In this document: positions 47,935 to 59,400 of the stretch, piece by piece
Position numbering within the stretch: the stretch's first letter is position 1
Layout of the letters: each line of letters starts with the position of its first letter
Assembly (NCBI RefSeq): GCF_964188315.1
Contig: NC_135670.1
Span: forward strand, 37,882,001 to 37,946,000
Length of the DNA stretch: 64,000 bases
Direction: 5' to 3'
DNA from: Podarcis muralis
Lineage: Eukaryota
Notes under the pieces: generated by a model
Told to the model about the DNA's origin: nothing
The model's database searches: none
The model's input: the letters and a program-made list of their open reading frames with translations, nothing else
Position numbers and translations under genes: made by a program

Positions 47935-50900
47935 GATTTATATTGAAACCCGTTCCTTTCATTCTGATATAATAATAATAATTTATTATTTATACCCCGC
48001 CCATCTGGCTGAGTTTCCCCAGCTACTCTGGGCGGCTCCCAATCAGTGTTAAAAACAGTACAGGGCTGCCTTAAGATGTCTTCTGAATATCAGGTAATTA
48101 TTTATCTCTTTGACATCTGATGGGAAGGCGTTCCACAGGGCGGGTGCCACTACCGAGAAGGCCCTCTGTCTGGTTCCCTGTTCTGAGCTAACTTCTTTCA
48201 AGGAGAAAATTCCTGTTGTTGGGGGTGGGTGGGTTGGGGGGAGCATCAGCTTATAGACACTATGAGCCATCCTCTTTGAAGTCATTTACAAGTGGTTTGA
48301 CTACAATCCGCTTTCCAGTAGACTTCAAAGGAATGAGTCTATGCGGAGGAAAGGCAGAGAGAAGGAGGGTTCTTCTGGCTTTGGGGTTCTAGGGTTCTTG
48401 AGATGGTGCTGCTGTAATTCCCCAAGGTGAACAGCCCCTCTCCTTCTGTCACACCTCAAACAATTCTCCTCTCTACAAACGAAACACAAATCATTTTAAA
48501 CCTACACACCTCTCATGCACATCATTGGATAGTGATGAATGCAAATTTCAGTTCATTCTTCTTCTTCCCATCACATCGTTCTATCTTTACACTTCATCAA
48601 ATTACTGCTGGAAAGAGTAGAAGAGTGAATTATGGGGGAGGTGAGAGGAAAGCCTCTGAGCTCCAGTACTCAGATCCTACCTGTGGAATCTTGAAAAGAC
48701 CCAAGATATCTGCCATGCAGGACGAGGTATCAGAACTAAGTCCTCCAATTACTCCTATTACATTTTCCTGGGTGCCACATTTGTAGTTAGGGACAAACTG
48801 GTGTGATTTACAGAGCAGGTCCAAAGTGGTGCGGTAAGTCCTCCTTGAATCAGTATAGCTGTCGTAGATGTGGAACCCGAGGGTGACATTGGGCAAGATC
48901 CTGGGATTCTCATTGATCTCATCAACAGCAAACACCAGGGCAAGGATGTGTTGGTAGAACTTGGTCACCATGCTGCAGATAAAGGGACTTGCTGTTTCAT
49001 GGTGGAATCAAGGCTTGTGCTTCAAAAGATTGTCTCATGGTCTTATAGCCCCCCCCCCCCAAGGAGCTCAAAATCCCTTCTCCAGTTAATCCCTACAACA
49101 GCCCAGGGATGTAGGTTAGACTGAGAGGCAGGCACTGGCTCAAGGTCACCCAGTGGAGATTATGATGGCTGACTGGGGACAGTTATGGACCACAGGTATG
49201 ATGTTTACGGCATGTAATGCCTTAAGAGAGAATATTATGAAAATGATATACAGGTGGTACATGACACCAGTCAAGCTTGCAAAAATCTACCATTTGCCCG
49301 ATAATAAGTGTTGGAAATGTAAAGAAAATGAAGGTACATTCTTTCACCTTTGGTGGACGTGCCCAAGGATTAAGGCTTTCTGGGAGATGATATATAATGA
49401 AATGAAAAAGGTATTTAAATATACCTTTCTGAAGAAACCAGAGGCCTTTCTCCTGAGCATTGTCGGCCAATTGGTGCCAAAGAAGGATAGAACTTTCTTT
49501 ATGTATGCTATGACAGCAGCAAGAATACTTATCGCAAAGTATTGGAAGACACAAGATCTACCCACCCTGGAAGAATGGCAGATGAAGGTGATGGACTACA
49601 TGGAATTGGCAGAAATGACCGGCAGAATCCGAGACCAGGGACAAGAGTCGGTAGAAGAAGATTGGAAGAAATTTAAAGACTACTTACAGAAATATTGTAA
49701 AATTAATGAATGTTAGAATGATGTTGGATGAAAAGTTATGTGGTTTTTAGCTATAACGCTATAAGGAGTATGAAAAAAATGGGCTATTAACAGACAAAAA
49801 TTTAATGTTACATTATTTTAAGATTAAAGATTAGGATAAACAAAGAGGGGAAGGATTTGCTGAACTAACAAATTGAACTGGAATACAAAAAGGGAGGTGT
49901 GAGGAGGTCCGAGAAATAAGCAAATGAAAGAAAGTGATGGAAAGATGGAATTGTTTTTTTATCTACTTTTATTTTGTATTTTTCTTTTTTCATTTTGTAA
50001 AATTCTAATAAATATCTTTAAAAATAAAAAAGAGAGATTCTAACCTTGGTCTCCCATGTCCCAGTCAGACACTCGCCACTACACCACACTGGCTCTCAGT
50101 GGTTTTAGACTTGTGCTTCCACCACAATTTCTGTGCAATGAGCTAGCCTAGCTTGGACGCACTAAGTCCCTGCCAATGAGTGAAGTAAGAACTTTGGGCT
50201 GAGGGCCTCACACCCATTCCTATCAAATGCTGTGCAGGATGAAACCAGTCCACATCTCCTCTATTCAGGAAAGCCAGTTGTGGAGCCTGCAGCAGCTTCT
50301 CCCCTGGGGGGCTGAGACTTTCTGAGACTGTCTTCTTTCTTCTCCATGATATGTGATATTTTCATTCCCCTTCCTGTGCTTTGGGCAGGTATAGAAGAGT
50401 AAGAAGGCTAAAAAGCATTTAACAGGGTAGGATGGACTGTCCTGAGAGGTATTTAGTGGGTGAAGGAGACAGAAGGGACTGTGGCAGGTAAGGACAGTCC
50501 CCTTCTTCTTCCTCCCTCCCTCCCTCCATCAACTTTTCCTTTTCTGATCCCCCACTCCCACGCATACCAGTCACTCATTCTGAAACCTCCCAATCACTGC
50601 CCAATCCTATGCATGTTTACTCATACATAAGTCCCACTATTTACAGCAAAGCTTATGCTCAGGTAATGAATATAGAATTGCAGCAGTATTCTTGAGGGCT
50701 GGGGGTCATTCACCTGCTATGTTTCTTCTTTCAAATTTCATTTGGCTACAGAGAATAATTAATAGATTGACCATTGGTTTGACTCAATTTAAGGCAGCTT
50801 TCTATCATCCTCTTTCTTGAAACATGAGATGTGGCTCCAATTTGTCATCTCTCCAAAATTATGTGGACAAATATGTTTGAATGGGTGGAAATATTGGTGC

Positions 50901-51378
50901 AATGGAAAGCTTCCTCACAGTCCCCTTCTAAAATGGGCAGACTGAGCACCTATGTACCAGAGCCAGAATAGAGAGCAAATAGATAATAGAAGGCTAATAT
51001 TTCCAAATGTCCAATTACCTGTACAAGCACAGCCTAATTACACATATGTTGGAGAATGTCCTTTTCTCAACCTTTAATATTTCTTTTAAAAACCAAATTA
51101 AAAAAGCAATTATTCATGCAGATATACAGAACTTCTCAATTAAAAATAAAAACATTTGCTTACAGTGGGAACTTCATCAGGGGGTGCTGAGGAGGGTATT
51201 GGTTGAAGGAAACTTTGGAGAACACAGGATTTGACAGCTGAGACACTATCCCACTGATGAGGAAATCACCCGACTGGTGCCACTCATGTGGAACATCTTC
51301 GGGATTATGTCTGGTGCACTTAACAGCATGCACATAGCACACCATGTTCGGAAGCAGCAGAATCAGGAGGAGCAGCAT
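41060..51378 (-). CDS. V2R gene E, complete: complement(join(41060..41961,44729..44855,45533..45751,46125..47000,48681..48972,51164..51378)), 876 aa
   Basis: 215+292+876+219+127+902=2631 nt, open frame, GT-AG boundaries. The start is taken at the first in-frame ATG (MLLLLILLL). Confidence 0.88.
42110..42603. mobile_element. Tc1/mariner-type MITE (CCGTATTTT TIR)
   Basis: TA-CCGTATTTTTCGCCCCATAGG ... CCTATAGGGTGAAAAATACGG-TA. Confidence 0.88.
44729..44855 (-). CDS. V2R gene E exon 5
   Basis: 127 bp; [15 protein letters not shown]...CCYACAPCP. Confidence 0.92.
45342..45470. mobile_element. Truncated Tc1/mariner MITE left end
   Basis: TA-CAGTGATACCTTGGTTTAC...; no right TIR found. Confidence 0.6.
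45533..45751 (-). CDS. V2R gene E exon 4
   Basis: 219 bp; [16 protein letters not shown]...VTFPNKS...LTQ|GTGAG. Confidence 0.9.
46125..47000 (-). CDS. V2R gene E exon 3
   Basis: ttttaag|ISYGSF...FYRMVPSE...EPWQ|GTAATG. Confidence 0.92.
47085..47263 (+). mobile_element. CR1 3' end
   Basis: gtggtggactttccttccctggag...ggttggactag...ggtcccttc...gattctatg. Confidence 0.8.
47430..47935 (+). mobile_element. L2-type LINE 3' end with (ATT)n tail
   Basis: gccagggccttt...ggtggaatgctctgcc region and an agggcagggtataaataaaatttattattatt end. Confidence 0.7.
47970..48185 (-). mobile_element. L2-type LINE 3' end
   Basis: [38 protein letters not shown], an L2 ORF2 C-terminus; ATT tail. Confidence 0.8.
48681..48972 (-). 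CDS. V2R gene E exon 2
   Basis: 292 bp; [23 protein letters not shown]...KIPQ. Confidence 0.92.
49025..50097 (-). mobile_element. MIR/Squam3-like tRNA-derived SINE interrupted by an L1
   Basis: Head gagagccagtgtggtgtagtgg...ggttagaatc (A and B boxes) at 50031-50097; body caaggtcacccagtg at ~49025-49175. Confidence 0.65.
49162..50030 (+). mobile_element. 5'-truncated L1 LINE (ORF2 C-terminus with CCHC finger + 3'UTR)
   Basis: [19 protein letters not shown]...[18 protein letters not shown]; ORF open to the stop at 49716; AATAAA and A tail. Confidence 0.9.
51164..51378 (-). CDS. V2R gene E exon 1
   Basis: [14 protein letters not shown]...[13 protein letters not shown]; CT|GTAAG, phase 2. Confidence 0.83.
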
Positions 51379-51854
51379 CCCAATACATGCGCAAATTCCT
51401 CTTTCTGTGTGTATAAAACAAGCCACTGCCCTGATTGAAAGATGGTTTAGATTGCTGAAGACTCTGGGAATGTAATTCTCACATGAACTTATTACCTTTG
51501 CCTAACCACTAAGCTCAGCCGTTTTTCAGAGGTGTGTCTTGAATTCTAATTGAAAACACAAAATTCAGACTTGCCCTATACATGGGTGGAGGAATTATCC
51601 AAATGATAGAGACCTGCCTCTCTCTTCCCCCTGATCTTAGCTGTCTGTGGAACATTGGGTTTCCTTATCATCATTTCAGTCTTTTTATCAATACGTTTTC
51701 GTACTCACTTCTAGAAGGCTACTGGCACTTTGGGCAGATTATAGACATTTTGATAATTGCAGAGTAGATAATGATTCTGCAGTGTTTTTGGACACTGTTA
51801 TGCATCAACAGGAGCAAAACTCCTGCCAGAAAAATATTTGTCAGATCATGGAAT

Positions 51855-52018
51855 TTTACCTAAAAGATAATCTAGTCCAACTCTGCCACACAGTCCTGCA
51901 AAGCTGGCTATCCATCATCTGCTTAGAAACTTTTAATGAAGGGGGTTCTACTAGCATGCAAGACCACCTGTCCCCTTATGAAACAGCTCACACTGTTAGA
52001 AAGAATTACTCTCTAAGG
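51855..52018 (-). mobile_element. CR1 fragment (target of the hAT insertion)
   Basis: tctagtccaac...ctatccatcatctgcttagaaac...aacagctc.cactgttagaaag pattern. Confidence 0.6.
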
Positions 52019-53447
52019 CAGTGTTTCCCAACCACTGTTCCGCGGCACACTAGTGTGCCGCGAGATGTTGCCTGGTGTGCCGCGGGAAAAATTAAAAAAT
52101 TGAAAGATTTTTTTTTTAAAAGTCAAATTTTCGATTGGGGCGCCGTCACTAGATGACCCCTGGGGTTCCCTCCCTCCCTCCCACTCTGCGCCTCCCTCCT
52201 CCTCCTCCTCCGGGGAGGCCCTTCCTGGCTCTCGGCCAAGGCTTGGCGGCTGCCACTCACTCACTCGCTCGCCCACCCGTCCCTCCATCCCTGCACCCGG
52301 CCTCTCCCCCTCCGTCCCCGGCGCGGGGGCTGCCGGGATCCGTAGTCCCCTCGCCCTTGGGCTCCGCGCCCGCGCGGGGTGCGCGAACTACGTTTCCCAG
52401 CGTGGCCTGGCGGGCCGGGCGTTTTGTTTGAAGCGCTCTTCTCCCGGCCATGGAATGAGCGCAGCGGCGGCGGCCGGGTGGGCAGGGGCTCTTCCGCGCA
52501 GACCCCGCGCAGCCTGCCTGCGCCCCCCAGAGATTGGGTGGCAGGATGGAGCCCGGGGATCCCCGCGGAGGCGGAGCGGCGGAGGCGGAGGCTGCCCCCC
52601 AGGTAGGGCTGCGTCGAGGGTTTTTTATTTTTGCAATGCTGCATCCGCGCCGGAGGGGACGCATCGGACCGCGGGGAGACCCCTTGGCGGGCGTGCAAGG
52701 CAATGCATGCATGCAGGCGTTGCATGGAGTGCAGTGCAATGCAATGGCAACGCGGCGCCCTGCATGCATGCATGCAACTTCCACCGGCGCTCCGGACTTG
52801 GCAGGTGATGGGGGTCCCCAGTGGGCGGCAGAGAGAGCCGGGAGGGTGAAGGGGAGCCGGGGGGGGAGCAGCGCTGCTCCCCGAGCCGAGCCCGGGGGGA
52901 AACTTCGGCGTCGTTGCGCCGGGTGTTGGAAGCGGAGGCTGGCGGGGGCCCCTCACCTGCAAAACCTGGTCGCCTCTCATATATTTCGTGCATTGCATTC
53001 ATCGCCCGCTTTCTCCTCCAAGGAGCTCCCGGGGGCGCGCGTGGTTCTCCCCGTGTTATCCTCGCAACAACAGCCCTGCGAGGTGGGTCAGGCGAGTGGC
53101 CCAAGGGAGCACCCAGGGATTGTCCTGGCCAGGTGGGGTGATTTGAACCCTGCTCTCTGCCCGGTCTTCGTCCTCATTTAGCCCCCACATGTGCATGACT
53201 GTGCATGACTGAGGTTTTCCCCCCTCGTCTTGGCTATGGTGTGAGTCTGTGCTGTTAATTAATGGGGTTCTGCCTTCGGAGAAGATGAGCCAGCCCTCAA
53301 GGAGGTGATTATGTAATTTGCTAGCAATTCATGTCCCTCCCGGCGTGACGCTGCGCGCTGACGTCACGGGGCTGTAATGGTGGTGTGCCTCGAGATTTTT
53401 TTCATGAAACAAGTGTGCCTTTGCCCAAAAAAGGTTGGGAAACACTG
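52019..53447. mobile_element. 1.43-kb non-autonomous hAT element with a CpG-island-like interior
   Basis: TIRs CAGTGTTTCCCAACC / GGTTGGGAAACACTG; exact 8-bp TSD ctctaagg at 52011-52018 and 53448-53455; no transposase ORF. Confidence 0.92.
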
Positions 53448-54379
53448 CTCTAAGGTCTCAGAACTTCACAATTCAGCAGATCTGCCTGATCCCTTCTAGC
53501 TGCACCAGCATGCTAGATTTAGGGGGATTTAGGCTGAGCTACAAGGACTCCAAATATTGAATCTATGAGGAAGCAGAGCATGCTTGGGATAAAAATGCCA
53601 GTACTACAATTCATCCCCCCGCCCTTAGGACAAAACATTAAACATCAATATAAAAATAATAATTCTTAGTGATGAATATCCTATGTGAGAAAAATAATAA
53701 TAAAATAATTCATTTTTAATCACTTATTTGCAAAAATTAATGCTTTCTCTGCTAATTCAATCCTACATTCTGTGCCCCCTGCAATATTGAATGGACAACC
53801 TATGCTGTGCAGCACTTCTTTGTGGGTTTTGGGAACAGGGAGACTATTCCAAACTATGTCCAGATGTGGGGAGAATGGGCTTGGACCCACTGCTAGCCCC
53901 ACTAGACCTATTTTAGATGGTGAATATGGTCAACATAGGTTCATTGTCTTCAATGGAGTCACTCCAAATCGAACTTAGTTGTGTACAACCCATAGGGAAT
54001 GCAGCTCCCCTTCAGATACCACACATCATTGCAGCAATTTCTGAGCCGTTCTATGCATGGCATTCTTCTTGATGTATATGGGAAACTCTCCACCAGCACT
54101 GTTTCACTAGGGCCACAAATGAAAATGAATAAAAAAGGGCAGAGAGGTCTCATCAGGGTTAGGAAGGGTGTTGTGTACAGAAAAATCCCTCAGTGTCTGC
54201 GAGTATCATAATGGGCTCAATGAAAGCCAATAGGCTGGAGCCAAAAACTGAGAAGACAGAAGTAGCTGTGGTTTGCTTGTTCCTATGTCCAGGAATGAGA
54301 TAGGCAGCCTGTTCTGGAAGAGATCTCACTCATTCTGAAGGACTGGGTTTCTACTCCAGAGGTACTACATGATTCGATC

Positions 54380-54525
54380 TTGTCTTGCTTCTTATTACTC
54401 AGTTCTGGCCACAAGATAATTAAGAAACATTTAGGGGATAAGATACAGCTCAGTATCCCAGCACTGGAGGCCAAGATGGAGAAGATCTCCACAGCCACCA
54501 GGTTTTTCCCTTTGGTGCTTAGATG
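54380..54525 (-). pseudogene. Remnant of the V2R exon-6 3' part (TM6-loop, TM7, tail)
   Basis: Reads [42 protein letters not shown]; upstream TM regions are absent and there is an in-frame TGA just 5'. Confidence 0.85.
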
Positions 54526-54540
54526 AACTCATGTACTGTA

Positions 54541-54896
54541 AAGGTAAAGGTAAAGGTACCCCTGCCCGTACGGGCCAGTCTTGACAGACTCTAGGGTTGT
54601 GCGCTCATCTCACTCTATAGCCAGCGCTGTCCGCAGACACTTCCGGGTCACGTGGCCAGCATGACAAGCTGCATCTGGTGAGCCAGCGCAGCGCACACGG
54701 AAACGCCGTTTACCTTCCCGCTGGTAAGCGGTCTCTATTTATCTACTTGCACCCGGGGGTGCTTTCAAACTGCTAGGTTGGCAGGCGCTGGGACCGAACG
54801 ACGGGAGCGCACCCCGCCGTGGGGATTCGAACCACTGACCATGTGATTGGCAAGTCCTAGGCGCTGAGGTTTTACCCACAGCGCCACCCGCGTCCC
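54541..54896 (-). mobile_element. Sauria SINE
   Basis: Head GGGACGCGGGTGGCGC, (ACCTTT)n tail; 11-bp TSD catgtactgta at 54530-54540 and 54897-54907. Confidence 0.92.
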
Positions 54897-55501
54897 CATG
54901 TACTGTAGTACTCTACAAAAGAAAAGAAGTTGCTTTTTGTTCAGATCTCAGCAAGATTCTCCTGATTGGGATGGCAAGATATTTATTATGAGTTAAATAT
55001 ATCTGTTCCCATGCATATTTTAAAAAAATCTGAATTAATATATTAAGGCAGGGTCAAAACGTTTGTATCCAATGGATGAGTTTGCATCCCTTATCACTCT
55101 TCCCAATCCACTCAAGTAAATCTAACAGGACTATTGAACAACTATTATCAGCAGGCAAAGGGGATTTTATATTATGATGTGGAATATTGGGTGTGTAGAT
55201 AATTGAGGGTGCGCTGCAAAATTATATGCCAGTTAATAACCTCACAAAATGCCCCTTCTGGTTTCACAGGATTGTCAAGACCATGGAGAGTAGTGGAAAC
55301 GAATGAGATGCCATGTGTGTGGATAAATCATGGTTGATTGAGATATGATGAACCAGGACCAAACTTAAATATGGAACTCAGTTTATATTAACTTCATGTT
55401 TTCAATTAATTCATATCCAACTGACAATGATCTGGAAAGAAGTATCTCTAATTTCCAGTGACAAAGAATTGCCTGGACCAGTGAGTCACTCTTGTCAGTT
55501 C

Positions 55502-56403
55502 TTAATTCTTTATTCTAATTAGCTGCTCCCTGCTGTTCAGCTTAGGCCTCAGTAAAATGACATAGCATTTGGGGGTAAAGATGCAACCCAGTAACCCAAA
55601 ACTGGAGGCCAAGATGGAGAAGATCTCCACAGCCACCATGTATTTGCCCTTGGTGCTCAAGTAGGTTGGAACAAAGGACAACCACACACTGCAAAAGACC
55701 AACATGCTGAAAGTGATAAATTTGGCTTCATTGAAACTGTCCGGCAACTTTCTAGCTAGGAAAGCCACCGTGAAGCTCACAATGGCCAGCCAACCCATGA
55801 ATCCCAGGACACAATAAAACATAAGAGTGGAGCCTTCATTACATTCTAGTATTATTTCTTCAGTCATTGAGTGCATGTCAACGTCTGGGAAAGGAGGAGA
55901 AGTTGCCAGCCATATGCTGCAGATTGTGGCTTGAATAAGGGAGCAGGAAAGAACAATGGAGCTGGCCAATTGTTTCCCCAGCCACTTCCTCATGCTGGAG
56001 CCAGGCTTGGTGGCCATGAAAGCCAGAACCACAATGGCGGTTTTGGACAATATGCACGAAATGGCAACTGAGAAGATCATGCCAAAAGCAGTTTGCCGTA
56101 GGATGCATGTCAGCTTGTTAGGTTGGCCAATGAAGAGCAAAGCACAAAGGAAGGAGAGGAGAAGAGAGAGGAGGAGAGCGTAGGTGAGGTTCCTGTTGTT
56201 GGCTTTGACTATGGGAGTCGCCTTGTGTTTCACGAATATTCCAAGCACTGCAGCTGTGATGGAAGAAAAGCAGACAGCAAAAGTGGCCAGACTGATCCCC
56301 AACGGTTCTCCATAAGACAAGAAAGTTTTATCTTTCGGAAGGCATCCATCCTTGTCACTGTTTGGATACTGATCTTCCGAGCATTCAAGACAGTCATCCA
56401 TGT
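55502..56403 (-). CDS. V2R gene F exon 6 (7TM)
   Basis: tttcag|AC ATG GAT GAC; full TM motifs. Confidence 0.93.
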
Positions 56404-59400
56404 CTGAAAAATAAAAATAAAAAATACTATACTATACTTGTGAAGCCTTTTGCACCCAGAAGAAATCAAGGCAAATGGTCAGAAAGCTTTGAATGATGGC
56501 TGCTGGATCAGTACTGGTAATATATATATAGGTATTTGGCCCAATTATTTCTATATACAAGAGGGCTGTATTTACTTAGGATTCCAGAGCAATGCAGGTC
56601 TTCACTACAACTGAAAGAAGAGAAGTTCATCACCTGGATATCACCAATCATAAGTTCTCCCTGTTTCCATCATCTCCTGCTATGCTGAAATCCTTACCTC
56701 TGCATTCCATGAGCATATGAGACTATGCTCCAAAACAGGTACATGTTACTGGTATCATTGGACACCATTCTCTTTCCTTCCTTCTCTACTTATTTTAATT
56801 TTCATGCACTGGATCATTCTTGACAATTCTTATGACTAGTATACCCCAAAAATAAATAAAAAAATCTCTGACCCTTCTGATCCGAAATCTTCCCTTCTGG
56901 GCACGGGATGCAATCATAGCAGCAAGGTAGCTTCCCTTCCTTCTTGGTCCGACTGTAGCCCAATTGGCAATTCTCATTGCACAGAGAAAGGGGTTGTGCC
57001 TGTCCAAAAAGGAAAGAAGATGGTAATTTCTGACTTAAACATGCCATACCTGTTCCTCAGATGGGGCCAAATTTACTTCCCTGCTTCCCACACTGGCAGG
57101 AAGTCTGAAGTGCCAATCAGATCAGGATGACCATTCACATTACAAGGAGATGCTGCCCTTGGTCCTTCTGTTGTTTGCTTCACAGCAATTGCCCTCCCAC
57201 TGTCTGATACTGAATGTCCCCTTCTGAACACTGAGCAGGCCACAAACACCCTGAACCCACTTTTATGGGGCCTTTAAGAACTTTAGCTCACACCTCATCC
57301 TTAGGTTCTTGGGTGTTTCTGCTCTTCATCCAAGTTGCCAGTGTTTCCTGGTTCTGGGTGTCTTCCTTTCTTCTCACAATTACTTTGGGTGATGCCATTT
57401 GCTTCATCACTTCCTAACTATGTTATTTTTTAAGCTGTGGGCTCCTTGGAACATTATCTGAGAATCTCAGCGGTCCAAACAAGGTATTGTTATGTTATGC
57501 TACAGCAATGTTTGGGGTAACAATGAAGAACAGTGATGAGGTTCTTCTGTACTTTTTTGGTTTTTTAAATTCAGTTATAAATAAGCCCACCTATCCAACT
57601 TCTTTCTATATCACATTTTGTCATTTTAAGCTTCCCACTGCCTGTGCTGTTTTCAGTTGAATGTTGGTTCCCTGTCTTCTTCAGGAGGTGAGTTAAATCA
57701 CAACTAGTTGCATCTTGGAATAGATGTTTCAGAGTTTGAATAGTGAACCCCCTTTTTATTAGCATTGAGGAAATGTCTGGGGACACTCTGAAATGGACCT
57801 TACCTGGTTGAACCTGATGGGCCAGGTGATGGTATCATCATGAATGGAGAGTCTCCTGCTTGGGGGAGCCTGAGGGTTCATCATTCCGACCTTAACTCTG
57901 AAAAAGGAGTCATTTGGGAATGTGATCCAGTTGATGATATCCAATTCAGTTACCAAATCCCCCTTCTGGCTAAATGAAACCTCTTCCCCGGCACTACTGT
58001 TAAATGAGATGCCTCTCAGAAAGTGGTGGAGCTAAATTAGTGAAGAGAATTAGAAAGAGACAGATGTATAACAGGATGATATTATTTCCCTCCAATTGTT
58101 GGGATCTGTTTGTCTCGAGAACAATGGAGTGTGGCTCCAGGGGTGAGGTCAACCCACTGTGTTAGCAGCACTGAAGTGACCTCCCCGGGGTGCAAGCCTG
58201 GACAGTCCTGGGCTGCCCAGAGGACAAGACTCCCTCTCAGTCTTGCTGATGTGGTCGAAAGGAAAGCAGAGCAGGACGTTCGGCACCAGCTTGGTTTCAG
58301 GGGTTGCCAGAAGGAAGCATAGAAAATAACATCCATCTGCCTAAGAGACTCCACTCTGGAACTGTGTAGGGCTTACTTTTTAGCCTTTTATTCTCTGGAA
58401 GATATCCCAGAAGGCAGCAGAGGTGGAGAAGATTCATTTCAACTCTGCACAAGGTCGAGATCACGGATTCTGTTCACAGTAATTCTAACAGCTCATCCAC
58501 ACCATACATTTAAATAACTCTTGTTACAGTCATGGTTTCCCCCAAAGAATTATGGAAAGGGAAGTTGCTTAAAGGAGTTGAGAGTTGTTAGGAGACCATT
58601 AAGAAACTACCATTTGTAAGATTCCTTGGTGGAAGCCATGGCTCTTAAAGTGAAACAAGAGTGCTTTAATGTTGCAGATGTGGCCCTAGTGTTTTAAAAT
58701 GAAAGATATAGCAGTCCTATCAGATAGCAGTCCTATCTATGCTGAAAGATGAGGATAAGAAGAAAAAGAAAAAAATATGGTGCTGGAGGAGACTCTTGAG
58801 AGTCCCATGGACTGCAAGAAGATCCAACCTATCCGTTCTGAAGGAAATCAGCCCTGAGTGCTCACTGGAAGGACAGATCCTGAAGCTGAAGCTTCAATAC
58901 TTTGGCCACCTCATGAGAAGAGAAGACTCCTTGGAAAAGACCCTGATGTTGGGAAAGATGGAGGGCACAAGGAGAAGGGGACGACAGAGGACGAGATGGT
59001 TGGACAGTGTTCTCAAAGCTACCAACATGAGTTTGACCAAACTGCAGGAGGCAGTGGAAGACAGGAGTGCCTGGCGTGCTCTGGTCCAGGGGGTCATGAA
59101 GAGTCGGACACGACTAAACAACAACAAGAAAAAGAGCTTTCTAAACAGTCAAGGAACTATTTTTGCACCCTGAAAGATGGCGAACTATCCTATATTAGCA
59201 ATAGAGGGACATTACCTGCCATGGCTGTGGATCCAGCCTATTCCCTCTTAGTTCATCCATCATTACACTGTGTTTGAATCTGGAGAAATGCATGTTTTGT
59301 AAAGCATGTGCCACTGCCAAGACTGCATTGTAGATGCTGTAACTGTGGGCAGTCATGCTCCTTTCAAAGACAGACCCAGGAAGAGTCTCAAGCTTCTCTC

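Noticed and set aside
52013-53181. Many overlapping ORFs of up to 245 aa on both strands
   Set aside because: They lie wholly inside the GC-rich hAT element, are low-complexity Pro/Gly/Arg/Ala, and have no transposase or other motif; this is expected from stop-codon scarcity.
53720-54211. Short ORFs that might be a retroelement or gene fragment
   Set aside because: No recognisable motif in any frame.
54526-54930. Acceptor-like cttttcttttgtag upstream of the F-side remnant as a functional extra exon
   Set aside because: With the SINE removed, there is an in-frame TGA before the V2R-like codons.
57150-57227. Signal-peptide-like mini-[17 protein letters not shown] in gene F intron 4 (+ strand)
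   Set aside because: Only 25 aa, with no downstream V2R exon-1 motif or donor; the nearby 57571-57786 ORF is likewise unconvincing as an exon-4 relic.
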